29,309 nucleotides of DNA from Tubiluchus corallicola (Eukaryota; Animalia; Priapulida). Positions 9,115-20,260 of the stretch are shown here, piece after piece. The notes below the pieces were generated by a model. That model had not been told where the DNA came from and made no database searches. It was given only the letters and a program-made list of their open reading frames with translations. The stretch is from assembly GCA_030141605.1 (NCBI GenBank), contig JAQGDQ010001690.1, positions 1 through 29,309 on the forward strand, in the 5' to 3' direction. The translations under genes and the position numbers were made by a program. Position 1 is the first letter of the stretch; every line of letters starts with the position of its first letter.

Positions 9115-9249
9115 TTTGTCTTTCCGCAAGTAATCTTTGTGAATGACACACTGCAGTAGTAAATGCTTCACACTCTGAACGCTTTCATTCTCCATGTCCA
9201 TTAGTGATAAAGCTTCCTTCATATCAACTACACGATTGATTTCCGCAAG
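9115..9249 (-). CDS. NCAPG2: NCAPG2 coding exon 5 (LAEINRVVDMKEAL...HKDYLRKDK)
   Basis: 135 nt, phase 0-0, ttag|CTT...AAA|gtaagg. Confidence 0.9.
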
Positions 9250-9928
9250 CTAACAAGGCAAAAAAACATTTTTTTAATCACTTTAATGCAAAACATTACG
9301 AAATTATTAGATCAGTGGTCGTCAACCTTTTTTAATGTCGTCCCTAGTGGGGATTAAGTAGAAACTCTCCACCCCCACCCGGAAAAAGTCTCATTAAAAA
9401 TCTCACGTTTCTCATTTCTATGACTATGTAAACAGAAAAAAGCAGTTTCTCTTACTTTTTATTCAACTTTTACATATTCATCCATATCTTTACACACCTC
9501 ATCTCAAACTAAGAGGCTCAAAACACACAAGCTAACATTAAGCAGCCATTTAGACGCATTCTCCTTCACTAAAGTAAAATTGCAGACAATGTTTGCTATA
9601 TTTGGTACGGTATCAATAAATAAAACAAATAGTTATAATTTAAAAAAAATTATTGGCTTGGCTGCTGTTGCACTTTGGCTGCTGTCAGGTTGAATCCGAG
9701 GTTTCAGACGATTTTCAAGTGCAACTCCTCGCACGAGAGGATCCAAGTTCAGGATTGCATTCCCTTTACTTAATAATTAGATGAACTCATGTCAAGCTAC
9801 TAACGGCGTGTTAAAACCAACGAGTTTTCTCGCGATGTGGAAGTTGGAATTGTACATTTTAATTAGGTGCTGCCATCTATGAGCTAATCCTCTTACATTC
9901 TACCAGCTGACTTAACCTCAGTATAATT

Positions 9929-10315
9929 GTATGGTCCAGTGAATGCATATTCACTGGTCCTCTCCCTATTTTAAATTAATGGTTGTTGTGAAGCCTGTGC
10001 AAGTCTGCATAGGTCAAGTCCTATACCTATATATACTGCCTGGTTTTACTTTCTAGTCACTGTCTAACTCTCAGTGTTCAGTGCAGGACTCTCTCATTCT
10101 CAGTGTTCAGTGCAGCACTTGTGCGACTCATGTTTCTGTAGTTTTAATAAACACTTTTCTGTTGTGTGCAGTGCAAATATTTATTATAGATTTTTGGTTC
10201 CTATTCATACTTCTCTGTGCCTAAACTCAATCATAACAAAGTGGGTGAACAACAACTTCAAAATGACATTCACACGCTCAGTTAACTCGCCAGGGAGTTA
10301 TCCGGCCTATTCTTA
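9929..10315. repeat. ~390-bp element with a hairpin near each end (possible non-autonomous Helentron/HINE-like repeat)
   Basis: Palindrome CCAGTGAATGCATATTCACTGG near one end and TAACTC-GCCAGG-GAGTTA near the other, with short internal CTCTCAGTGTTCAGTGCAG repeats. No TIR or TSD. Copies at 881-1270 and 1563-1938 come from the duplications. Confidence 0.4.
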
Positions 10316-10363
10316 ATTCCTGTTTATAATGCACACTTTGCCTGTTTAAAGAAGCCAACTTAC

Positions 10364-10521
10364 CGAAACTTTATGCTGCAAAGATCTCTGCAGTAAGTAG
10401 ACAAACGTTTGAAATGTAAGTTCATCTCTGCCTTCCAGCTCAGCTTTATACCATGTCTCACACAGCAAGGCTATCCGATTCTTAAGAGGGTCCAAGTTAT
10501 CAGGCAATGACAACAAGACGC
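10364..10521 (-). CDS. NCAPG2: NCAPG2 coding exon 4 (GVLLSLPDNL...LCETWYK...LLQRSLQHKVS)
   Basis: 158 nt, phase 1-0, acag|GC...TCG|gtaagt. Confidence 0.92.
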
Positions 10522-10789
10522 CTGTAATTTAGTAAACACGATTCATGGTAATAATAGAAATAGTGAAACTGAATAGTCCTGTATATCAGCATTAAAGGAA
10601 GACAGGCTGATTTTTCATATACTACTCCATTTTCAAGTCAGATAAAAAGTATATATTTTAACACAAAGCTTTAAACATTCACAAAATTTAAAAAAAATTT
10701 CTGACATCTTTTCAGCTCATAAGGTAAGACAGAAACAAATTTTTTTGTGGCCGACCTTACTAGTATTATACACATGACATTATGCTCAC

Positions 10790-10907
10790 CATGTAGAACA
10801 CGCAGCACATCTAACAGATGCTCGGGAATATATGGATTCTCAGTGGTAACACACAAGTTTGCCAACATTATAATAGCGTCTAATAGTTGAACCGTTTTCT
10901 CTCTTGC
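10790..10907 (-). CDS. NCAPG2: NCAPG2 coding exon 3 (AREKTVQLLDAII...LDVLRVLH)
   Basis: 118 nt, phase 0-1, ttag|GCA...G|gtgagc. Confidence 0.88.
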
Positions 10908-10979
10908 CTAAAATTATCAACCGATAATTAAGATGTACGCAGGCAAACATTAAACAAAATTTCAGCTTGAATGAACAAA

Positions 10980-11508
10980 ATAATCCCACAATTAAAAAAT
11001 CAAGAAAAAGAAAGGAAAAAAATCCCACAATTAAAAAATGAAGAAAAACGAACGGAAAAAATCCCTCAATTAAAAAAATGAGGAAAAAGAAAGGAAAAAA
11101 ATCCCACAATTAAAAAATGAGGGAAAAGAAAGAAAAAATCTCACAATTAAAAATGAGGAAAAAGAAAGGAAAAAATCCCACAATTAAAAAATGAGGAAAA
11201 GAAAGGAAAAAATCCCACAATTAAAAAAATGAGGAAAAAGAAAGGAAAAAAATCCCACAATTAAAAAATGAGAAAAAAAAGGAAAAAATCCCACGATTAA
11301 AAAAAGAGGAAAAAGAAAGGAAAAAATCCCACAATTAAGAAATGAAGAAAAAGAAAGGAAAAAATCCTACAATTAAAAAATGAAGAAAAAGAAAGGAAAA
11401 AATCCTACAATTAAAAAATGCAGAAAAAGAAAGGAAAAAATCCCTCAATTAAAAAAGAGGAAAAAGAAAGGAAAAAATCCTACAATTAAAAAATGAGAAA
11501 GAAAGGAA
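10980..11508. repeat. A-rich ~38-bp minisatellite, about 14 units
   Basis: Unit AATCCCACAATTAAAAAATGAGGAAAAAGAAAGGAAAA(A). Confidence 0.96.
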
Positions 11509-11959
11509 GGGTACAATGTTTTAGACTAAAACTATAGTTCTTCACTCTTCAGACAAACAAAAAAGGATAAAAGAGAAAGACCACAAGGAATTCTCAGAAC
11601 TTACCAATGTTAATGAGATTTTTTACATTATTAACACTGTAAAAGATACAAACACGTAAAAAAGAAACGTGCAACGGATAAAAACGCATCAAACAAATGA
11701 ACGGGAGTATAAAATCACTAACAACAGCCACTAAACAGAGCAGGACACAATGGAAACTACAATGAAATATCTAACGGGGACCAATAGCTTATATATACAG
11801 AGAAAAGTACTCATGTATAGGGAAAATTCAGCTTTTCAATACATGTAATTACTTATGTAATATGTAAGCTCGAAAATACACAGTGAACTAAATACAAAAA
11901 AATTTCGTTTACTATTATAGTAATTTGTCATTCAGAAATTCTGTTATGTATGTCGTTAC

Positions 11960-12109
11960 CTCGTGACCATCATCAACATCACAGTCGAGGTCAACGTTAA
12001 TGAGAACATTGGTTAGCCTCTGTTTCATGTTGTCCCATAACAGCCTCATGTGTTCGTGCGTCAAACTTTGTAAAGCCTCATCTACATTCACATCACTATC
12101 CTTGTTTTG
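11960..12109 (-). CDS. NCAPG2: NCAPG2 coding exon 2 (QNKDSDVNVDEALQSL...LWDNMKQRLTNVL...GHE)
   Basis: 150 nt, phase 0-0, gcag|CAA...GAG|gtaacg. Resembles human ELWQRLKNLLTDVL. Confidence 0.88.
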
Positions 12110-12589
12110 CTGCATAATGTAAACTGACATCAGCAAGTAACGGTTTTTGCCTGAATTACGCATAACTAAGGTCAACAATAAAAATATTTCTGTTTCCATC
12201 TAATCGCCCGTGTAATATTTTTTATCGCGCACCCAATCGGGAATTTTACAATTTTTTGGTACGTTCCTATCCTTACTTGGCGCAGTCATATAAAAGCGTA
12301 TTTTTTATTTAAAACGTAAAACGCAATAATTATTATAGCATTGTTGCTTCGGAGAACGCAGGACGCGGCCATGTTTTTCACCGGCTCTCGGCCAGGATTG
12401 CAGTTTTGCATGATGCTCACTGTATTGGAAGCTAAAAAGCATCGAATTTTCTGCCAAATCGGTGTATTAATGGCCGAGTAGTGTTGCCTCTTATACAATA
12501 ATTATCAGAACATACATGTTGATGATACAAAAAGAGACGATACAATAATCGATGATTATACGATGTCCAACAGTAAAGAAATAAACATA

Positions 12590-12909
12590 CAGTCGGCCCT
12601 CGTTAAACTGGACCCCGTTAGCCCGGATATCGGATATGAACGGACGTCATCCGTGGTAAAGGAAACTGACCGATTTCCGTCCGAGCCCGAGCTCTAAACA
12701 CAACACGGCCTACCAACTGTACAATAATTTCTTTATCCTCACAGGTTAACTATTTTAAAAGTAATATACAGTATAGTATATAGTGCAATGTATATAGGCC
12801 TTATTAAGGTGATTATTCCTGTATAATATAGACCATATATAGGCATATCGGATAAATCGGACAATCGGCTAAACCGGACCAATTAGTCCGGTTTAACGAG
12901 GGTTGACTG
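12590..12909. mobile_element. Tigger/pogo-type MITE
   Basis: TIRs CAGTCGGCCCTCGTTAAACTGGAC / GTCCGGTTTAACGAGGGTTGACTG, with TA on both sides. Confidence 0.88.
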
Positions 12910-13176
12910 TACTTTGTTTTAACTGACTCTAAATAAATTCCACAATCCAGCTTTAAACAGTCACAAAGCTGTAAAAAATTTTTTGTGGCCAGCATAAGAA
13001 GAATTATTCTCTATTCTTTAACGAAAAAAACTTTATCAAACAACATTTTTACTCAAATTATAAACAATCGTACATTAAATTTACAGCACAAATCTAATCT
13101 AAAGTAACTAACCAGTTTTATACTCATCAGCATTAAATTATAAGAAGACAACTAAGAGGTGATTAAACAGACATAC

Positions 13177-13263
13177 ATGATCTTTAAGCAATTTGATAAT
13201 GGAGCTGTCATCCTGATTTGTTATTCCTTCTACAATCTGTTCTCTCACATTAGCAATCACCAT
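13177..13263 (-). CDS. NCAPG2: NCAPG2 first coding exon (MVIANVREQIVEGITNQDDSSIIKLLKDH)
   Basis: ACAATGG start context, acceptor at 13288-13289 and donor gtatgt. 87 nt, phase 0, length comparable to the vertebrate N-terminus. Confidence 0.8.
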
Positions 13264-14259
13264 TGTTGAACTACTTTGTTTACGTCACTGCAAGAAGATA
13301 AACGGTTTACACAAAGGTTACATTATGGAAAGCAAAATTTGCATGAAAGCAGTTGTACATGTGGTGTTCTAGACTTCAAACATTTGCTATTCATTTAAGC
13401 ATTTAAACCAGAAATTTGGGACGAAGGATGTCCAGATCAATAGAAATACACCAGCTTACAAGTTTCTCGTGAGTTAAAAACCGAAGACCCAACGTAAAAA
13501 GTAAGCCCTGAAAAATTAAGGACAATTTCAGAATGAACAATGAAGCTTAACTTCTTTGGCAGGTAGTAAAACCTCATCAGCACAACATGCAGAAAAAGAA
13601 AACTTTGGCAGTATAAATACTCCTATTGACAGTAATTGGAGAACAGACAAAAAATAAAAATTCTTTTAAATAATTCAACCAGGATTTTTTCACCAGGATT
13701 GGAAAGGCTATTTAAATTTCAGCTTTCACATTCAGTGCTTTTCTGAGCAAAGTTAAAAATGAAGAAAAGTACAAATTTTAAACATATTGTATGATTTTCC
13801 GTAACTTTCAAGTCCCAAGTGTTAAAGTTTTCCCGACATATTTTTTTAGTGTTGGTGGAAAGATCTAGTGAAAATTACTACAACTGCATTTTCCAAATTG
13901 GCGTCTGATCTATAATTTGTCAAAAGATAAACAAAACTCAAAACGACAAGCATAAGAAACAAAAAGAATTTGAGTGCCTTGTAGCATGGCGACACAGCAA
14001 AAATTTGTAAATATGGTCTTATGACATTGCACGTCTTCATTTTGTTACACTTTAGGGCGTTTAGTAATTTGATGGTGCCGAGTTGGTAACAAGTAATACT
14101 ATAGGCTAGCAAGGGCTTTGTTACTTCTAACAACTTTCGTGTCTGATTCTCAACACTACTATCTTGCATTGTAATGTTTTTGCTCAAACAAAATCAATCA
14201 ATATTATTAAGCTACCACGTAAAAAGAAATCAGATTACATTTTAAAATTAATAAAATAC

Positions 14260-14330
14260 CTCGCTTCAAAATTGAAAAACTTTAAAAATCACATAACTTT
14301 CTAGTTCCCGCGCTTGCCGCGCCAAAAGTG
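14260..14330 (-). promoter_or_regulatory. Putative NCAPG2 promoter/non-coding first exon with E2F-like and CHR-like motifs
   Basis: TTCCCGCGC at 14305-14313, GCGCCAAAA at 14319-14327 (= TTTTGGCGC), TTCAAA at 14265-14270 (= TTTGAA) and a minus-strand donor GAG|gtatttt at 14260/14259. Confidence 0.55.
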
Positions 14331-15162
14331 TGAATCTGTTGGCACGATCTTTGCAGCGCTGTTAGATGTTCAATTCATATTCGATTTGTTTTCAAGCTTT
14401 TGACTTAAATCGTAAATTCGAAACCGAAATCAAAATTGATGATGTAATATCGGAAACAGCAATAAAAGACGTAGACAACAGAAACTACAACCCAATAAAC
14501 TAGCACGTTAAACAAGAGTGTCTAACGTATGGTAGAGTGGGTGCTGTGAAATCACTTAACTTCTAAGTACATGGGTATCTTAATTATGTTACGTTGCAGT
14601 ATTGTAAATGTTCATTGTCAGAAAGAAAATGTTTTAAAGCACACAAAATTCGTTACTTACAAAAAGCTAAAAAATTATCTGGAAATTTTATATCACTTAA
14701 TCGCTGTCTTATTACAAACAAGCTTGGATTAGCAAGTAACATAGTATAAAACTTGTAAATTTTATCGTGATGACTAGCACAGACATTTGAAACAAGTTTA
14801 GGTAACATTGCATACGGCTTGAAAAAATAATCAACGCAATAGTAGCATGCACTTCGATCAGTAACTAAGCAAAAGTTTAAATTACTGTGTCTTATCAGTG
14901 CATAAGATTAAAATTACATTTAATGGTGCGCGAGTGGTTGCTGTTTGATTTTGTTTAGGGTTATTTGTGCAAATAATACCGCAGTTGCGTTTGGCGTTGA
15001 GAATTCTTTCATATGTAGGTTACTGTTTTTACATGAATGAAGAGCAGGAGTATTGCAAGCGTCAGCAAGATTATAAGTTTCTGCAAAATGAGTTGAATTT
15101 TAGATTATTTTAAATAAATTTAATCTAAGTGTTATTAGTGTCGGATGTAAACGTCAAATAAC

Positions 15163-15206
15163 ATGTTTAGCCCTCTCTCTGGACTAGAAGAATCAGCAAG
15201 ATTAAA
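15163..15206 (+). CDS. ERCC6L2: Candidate first coding exon of ERCC6L2 (MFSPLSGLEESARLK)
   Basis: ATG plus donor AA|gtaagc in phase 2, matching the next exon. An alternative is an acceptor at 15170 with an upstream ATG at ~15033. No homology support. Confidence 0.45.
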
Positions 15207-16032
15207 GTAAGCTACTTCGATTCACTAGGTGTCCTCTTCCATAGCCTATAACTAAGTCTTCACAGTCTCGTTGTGCGCACGCGCAGTTGCACAAAGGTCA
15301 AAGGTTAACTGCACCACAGCAGCGCGTCTTAACTACGGCGGTCATGTGACATGTGGGTAAAACAAAGCCGTCTGCCTCGTCAGAATTTTAGCCACAACCA
15401 TTTTTGTGTGATATTAGTTGCCAAAGTTACATTAGTAATGAAGGCGGTCAGAACATTGTTATGTTGTTGCTTTCATTTAGTTTGATAAAAGTCAAAAAGC
15501 AAGAAGAAATTAGTAACTGGAGAAATTTAGCAAAAAACAAGTAACATATAGTAGTAATTTACAAGTGAACAAATGTGTTAAAGCAATTGCAGGTAGATGT
15601 AGATCTGGTTTTACACATTTAAAGGAAAAAATTAAAGGAAAGATAAAGTAATGTTGAACTTTACTACAAAATAACAGTAGTAGATTGATGTAAAAAATTA
15701 CTGTCAGCACAGCATTAGTACAAAAATGAAAAGAAACTGTTACTTACGATTTTAGTGGCTTTATTGAACCTTATAATATTATTTATCACAAATCATAAAG
15801 TGAAACGATGTCTAGTAAACTAGAAGTATATGTGTATACTGTAAACTGTGACAGAGTAGGCCTATGGACAAATGGGGATGACAGATCAAAACGAATGTGA
15901 TTCATTTCGAAATGTTAATGTATGACGGAGAGGCACTGTTGCATTCACAATGTGATTAGTTTATCTTCTGCTTGCATTAAAAATGAGTCAAATTTTTTTA
16001 GTCGTTGCGTAAAAGTGATTTAGTAAGCCGTC

Positions 16033-16512
16033 CAGGGATGATAATTTTCCGCGGATACGCGGAATTCCGAGTTTTTGGAAGACCAGTAGTGCCATTTTTG
16101 TAAATCGCGCAAATTCGTACGGACCCAGTACATTATTTCACAAGCTGACCGCTAGTTGGCAGGCTGTCACTTTGTTTACATCACGTACATCAGTGTAACC
16201 ACGTGTATATCTCTATGTATAAAAATATAGAATCAATTGTGCGGAGTTATTTGAGTCAATTGCAGACAGTTTTTATATACTTTTGCATAGGAGCGGCCAG
16301 TACTTAGGCGTTTTTGAGACAATTAGGTATCATGTATCCTTGATAGTTGGGTATTTTAAATTATGCATGAAACAAGGTAATTGATATTTTAAGTCCACTT
16401 AGAGGCTCTCTATGGTCACAAAATTGAAATTTCAACCCCATTGGGGGCCTAGGTGGCTCCAAAACCCCCGGCCTGTTTCGGAGTTTTTTGCAATTTGTCA
16501 TTCTCATCCCTG
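16033..16512 (+). mobile_element. hAT (Ac-like) MITE, family 1, intact
   Basis: TIRs CAGGGATGA / TCATCCCTG and a perfect 8-bp TSD AAGCCGTC (16025-16032, 16513-16520). Confidence 0.93.
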
Positions 16513-16612
16513 AAGCCGTCCCCGAGTCTAACAACACTATTTCCATAAAAAATTCACGTCACGTTAGAAACGATACGAATCTTGCTGATTGTCAAATTGA
16601 AACTTTTGTCAG

Positions 16613-16785
16613 AGAAAAGTATGCAGGGCTGGAAGCTTTAGAAGAAGACGACACAGAGAGCGATGTTTTCCTACGTGGTTCAAGTCATGAGTGGAAATCT
16701 TCTCAACGACAAGCTGCATTGGAGAAGCTAGGATTATCTCCTGCTCCTGTCAGACGAAGAAGCAGGAAGAAAGGCTTGCAGTCTT
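16613..16785 (+). CDS. ERCC6L2: ERCC6L2 N-terminal exon (EKYAGLEALEEDDTESD...PVRRRSRKKGLQS)
   Basis: tcag|A...T|gtaagt, phase 2-1. Basic NLS-like cluster RRRSRKK. Supported by the phase chain only. Confidence 0.65.
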
Positions 16786-17040
16786 GTAAGTACTTAAGGT
16801 ACTTTATGTTTTATTGTACACTGTTTATTATTGCATTATTATATTGTATTGTATGCTATTATATCGTATTGTATACTAACTGTTGTTATATGAGCAATGC
16901 GCACAATAAAAAACTTTACTTCTGATTTCATTTTATTTTGCGCAATGGATGCAACGCAGTTTGGTGCTACTGTCAGGAATCAGTTAAGAATCCGAAATCT
17001 AAACAAATTTAAAAGAATTCTGCTGCTCTGCGTTTCATAC

Positions 17041-17148
17041 GTTTTGTGGCATAGTTGGGTTGACATGAGTAGGACGTTTTGTGGCATAGTTGGGGTGACA
17101 TGAGCAGGACGATTTGTGGCATAGTTCGGGTGACATTAGCAGGATGAT
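17041..17148. repeat. Three ~35-bp tandem repeats
   Basis: GTTTTGTGGCATAGTTGGGTTGACATGAGTAGGAC x3. Confidence 0.9.
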
Positions 17149-17237
17149 TTCACTTGGGACACGGGGTTTAAACACCGTTTGACAATAATCGAATTAAAAT
17201 TAAAATTTTGTAAAACATTCTTAAATAGTCGTCGCTT

Positions 17238-17308
17238 TGCCATGGTGTTTGGTTACTATGGTTGCCATGGTGATTGGTTACTATGGTTGCCATGGTGATT
17301 GGTTACTA
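17238..17308. repeat. About three 25-bp tandem repeats
   Basis: TGCCATGGTGATTGGTTACTATGGT x~2.8. Confidence 0.9.
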
Positions 17309-17405
17309 TTTTCCAATAACCTAGTAATTGCTTGACAGTGACGTTGCAACTGTTGCACTTGTTGCACTTGTTTTTGTGTCTAGTTGCACTTTATCTTGTG
17401 TCAAG

Positions 17406-17624
17406 GTATCGATGCCAACAGTGGTGCTAAGAAAGAATCATCCGCTTTTTCACAAAACGACAAAAAGTCGAATAGCAGCACTCCGACAAAAGATCATTTC
17501 CCTCAGCCTGTTACGCCATCAACGTCTTCAGCAGACGCAAGATATGACAGCCCCTCAGACAATGCAAGCACACCAATGCTGCCGCCACACAAGTTTTCCA
17601 GTGATGACCGAGAAGACGCGTCAC
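17406..17624 (+). CDS. ERCC6L2: ERCC6L2 low-complexity exon (IDANSGAKKESS...DDREDAS)
   Basis: 219 nt, phase 1-1, caag|GT...C|gtatgt. S/T/P/D-rich. Confidence 0.7.
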
Positions 17625-18272
17625 GTATGTTACCTTTTGATTTTTTTCATACTACTTGCATGCCATAAATTATTTTTTGTTTTTTCAGAACTTTTAATTA
17701 ATTTATTAGCAGTGTGCTGAAAGTTTAACATAGCTGCAAAACGTTAAATAATAAGAGTGTCCCCAAACATGCACTCATGGCCAGTTTACTTTTACTAATA
17801 TACATAATCACTCGTCATTTCCAATGCGCGCGTCGCCCCCCAAATTACTCGGTAATTTTTCGCTTATGATTACACGAAGCATCTCTCTCTCATCAAGCGC
17901 CACATTGCGATTGAAAACACACGCAGTGCCGGAGTTCTTCAAGGTGCAATGCTTCGCCCGCTGCTGTTTGCCGGTTATCTTCAGATTTAGCTGATACGCC
18001 TTTAACTAGTAAGTATTATCAGTGTGCTGTATTTCACTCCTCTTTTCCTCCTCTTCCCACTCCCACTGACACGCCGGTCGTCTGCCCAGAGTGTATGTGT
18101 GAGAATAGTACATGAGAATATACGTGAGAATAGTAAGTTTTCTCGTGTTCTTTAGTCGCGACATTTACAAAGTAAACTTGCTTTAAGTGTTTCTTAAATA
18201 TACGATTTTCATATTTCTTTTATTTAAATGAGATAATTTGCAGAGAAATACTCATTAAAAATGTCATTTTAG

Positions 18273-18358
18273 GTTGCCCTGGTGAAAAGCCGAATTTTAG
18301 CTTTGCAGCTTCTTGTGAGAAGATGCCATATTTCCTGTCCGATGACAATGTTATTAAG
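18273..18358 (+). CDS. ERCC6L2: ERCC6L2 exon (CPGEKPNFSFAASCEKMPYFLSDDNVIK)
   Basis: 86 nt, phase 1-0, ttag|GT...AAG|gtact. EKPxF and LSD motifs precede the helicase. Confidence 0.82.
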
Positions 18359-18399
18359 GTACTTTTTGTTTCCCATGTCTTAGTAGAGTCACTTCTAAG

Positions 18400-19169
18400 C
18401 AGGAATGTTTCCCGAAACTAAATTTACAAGCTAAAACCGAAACCGAAATTTATGATTTCAACATAGGAAATCGATACCGAAATATTTAACTAATATTAAA
18501 ACTGAAAAAATGAAAATTCTAAAATAAGTAAAATATTTTGTTGTTTTTTGTTTGTTTGCTTTTATTTGCTGTGATGCAAAATTACTGATGAAAAATACTA
18601 ATGCAAAGAGGACAAGAAAGTTTTATAGTACAGAACCTCAAGTTTGATGGACTGACTTACCTTTGAAAATGTGTTATAATGTTTTTGGATTTAACTATCC
18701 TTAATGATTAATGTTTAAAGATCATAATGCTTCACTAAAAATAAACAAATTTTATTTTGTAGATATTTTGTTGCCTATATTTCATAAATTATAAAATTAA
18801 ACTTGATTTTGCTCAAGTAAATTCAAACGTGGTTTAGTATTTCGGTTGATTGTGCCTGGAGACCCTAAAACTTTACAGTTGTCAGAACTGAAGATATGCC
18901 GCATTGCCGGTGAAAGCACGTCACAAACTGTTATGTAAATGAAATTTTCGCTTTATTTGACCTAATTTAGCCAAGATTTTTCAGCGGTTTTTGACATCTA
19001 GGCGAAAATAGGTAAATTGATAAATACTAGTAAAACCTCGGAATATTGCAGCCGAAAATTATCTGAAATTTCCGCTGCGAAATTTAATAAATTTCGCTTA
19101 AACCAAAACCTAAGCAAAAGTTCAATTATCAACAGCAGAAACTAAATTTTCTTTTCTGTAACATCCCTG
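18400..19169. mobile_element. hAT-type MITE, family 2
   Basis: TIRs CAGGAATGTT / AACATCCCTG and a perfect 8-bp TSD CTTCTAAG (18392-18399, 19170-19177). Confidence 0.9.
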
Positions 19170-19494
19170 CTTCTAAGTAAGCAAGTCAGGAAGTCAGATT
19201 TTGCTTGATTAGTCACCTCAAATGTTTAGTCACTTTATACTTTAGGATACAGTTTCTTGATGAAAGGTGGCTGAAATTTTCTTGACCTGTGTTTATGATT
19301 ACCGAGGAGACTTGTCCACGTTGGGGAGTTGTAGAACTAATCGTGTACCTCATACACTAAAATCAGCATCTCGAGTTGTCGAGTCCAAGTTTGCATCAGT
19401 TTATACAATTGATCATAAAAAATGTTTTTTCTCACTGTTTCCTAATTGAAATGGCCACCTAGGTGCAGATACTTGTCAGCAAATTGGAATAAAC

Positions 19495-19625
19495 TATATT
19501 ATAAATACTTATTATACTATATATAGTATTATATATACTATATTATATATACTATATATTATAAATACTTATTATACTATATATAGTATAATAAGTATTT
19601 ATAATACAGTTATATATATATATAT
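19495..19625. repeat. AT-rich region with a perfect 50-bp palindrome and a 60-bp-offset partial direct copy
   Basis: 19557-19606 TATTATAAATACTTATTATACTATATATAGTATAATAAGTATTTATAATA is self-complementary. Confidence 0.9.
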
Positions 19626-20260
19626 CATTTTTATTCGTACTCATGGTACAAACACATCAAATAAAATAAACAAACAGATCAACAAACAAAATAACATTAA
19701 TTAACAAAATTAGTAAACAATGTGAATATATACAATTAAGTGAGAGTAAGATATGTTAGTATGGCGTACAATTCATTCCTGTCTAAAAATCAAAACAATT
19801 ACGCTCTAGAGCCCGTATACTTTCTTTAATGAAATTTACAGACCGTATTTGTTTATCGCTAACATTACCTCTTACATCTGGTGTACAGGAAAAACTTTAG
19901 AAAGAAAAATTTCATTTGTGTAAAAAGTTTTGTACTCGTTACAAATAGATAACAAATTATAATCCATTATAGAAGATGTATGAGATCGAGAATTTTGTGC
20001 AAAGAAATTGGCTATATGATTTTCACTATATAAGCAACTATGGTAAAATTTAACAAATCGTTTTTGTAAGTGTTTAAGTGGGGGGGGGGAATAATATCAC
20101 ATATAAAAGGAAAACAAGATCTGTGTGATCTAAACGGCCAATTCCAAAGTTTTCTTACTGCACAATTTCCAAGCTGTGTATAATTTAGAAATTTTACTAT
20201 CGAGTTTCCAGGTTTGACTTCCATAAGTAACTGTGACAGTAGCTACAGAAGACATGTGAT
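19626..20260 (-). mobile_element. Decayed LINE 3' fragment
   Basis: Frameshifted YGSQTWKLDSKISKLYTAWK / VRKLWNWPFRSHRS resembles the post-RT region of non-LTR ORF2. AATAAA sits next to the (TA)n run at the left end. Confidence 0.55.

Larger units (their letters stand above)
3428..13263 (-). other. NCAPG2: Gene span: condensin-2 complex subunit G2, 10 coding exons, 1305 nt / 435 codons, 3' part absent from the window
   Basis: Ten GT-AG exons join in frame without stops. Motifs such as RRFLSHLF, GEIYFRAW, CIQDLM, RLYEPILWRNLK, VRANAVLLLFDAFP and LAFDVSSASVR match my recollection of vertebrate NCAPG2 (GRRFLSCLF, AEIYFRAW, CIQDFM, RLYKPILWRGLK, VRSNAALLFVEAFP, LAFDTSSADVR). Confidence 0.93.

Noticed and set aside
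10840-11109. Hydrophobic Phe/Leu-rich membrane-like ORF
   Set aside because: Translation of the 38-bp minisatellite.
13846-14187. 113-aa ORF in the NCAPG2 5' intron
   Set aside because: No recognisable motif or splice-phase link, and the composition is typical of AT-rich non-coding DNA.
17328-17720. 130-aa ORF with signal-peptide-like start
   Set aside because: Alternative frame over the 17406-17624 exon. The other frame fits the splice phases.
18888-18925. Hammerhead-like CTGAAGA...GAAA
   Set aside because: Stem II does not pair. The CTGATGA at 27858 lacks the GAAA.
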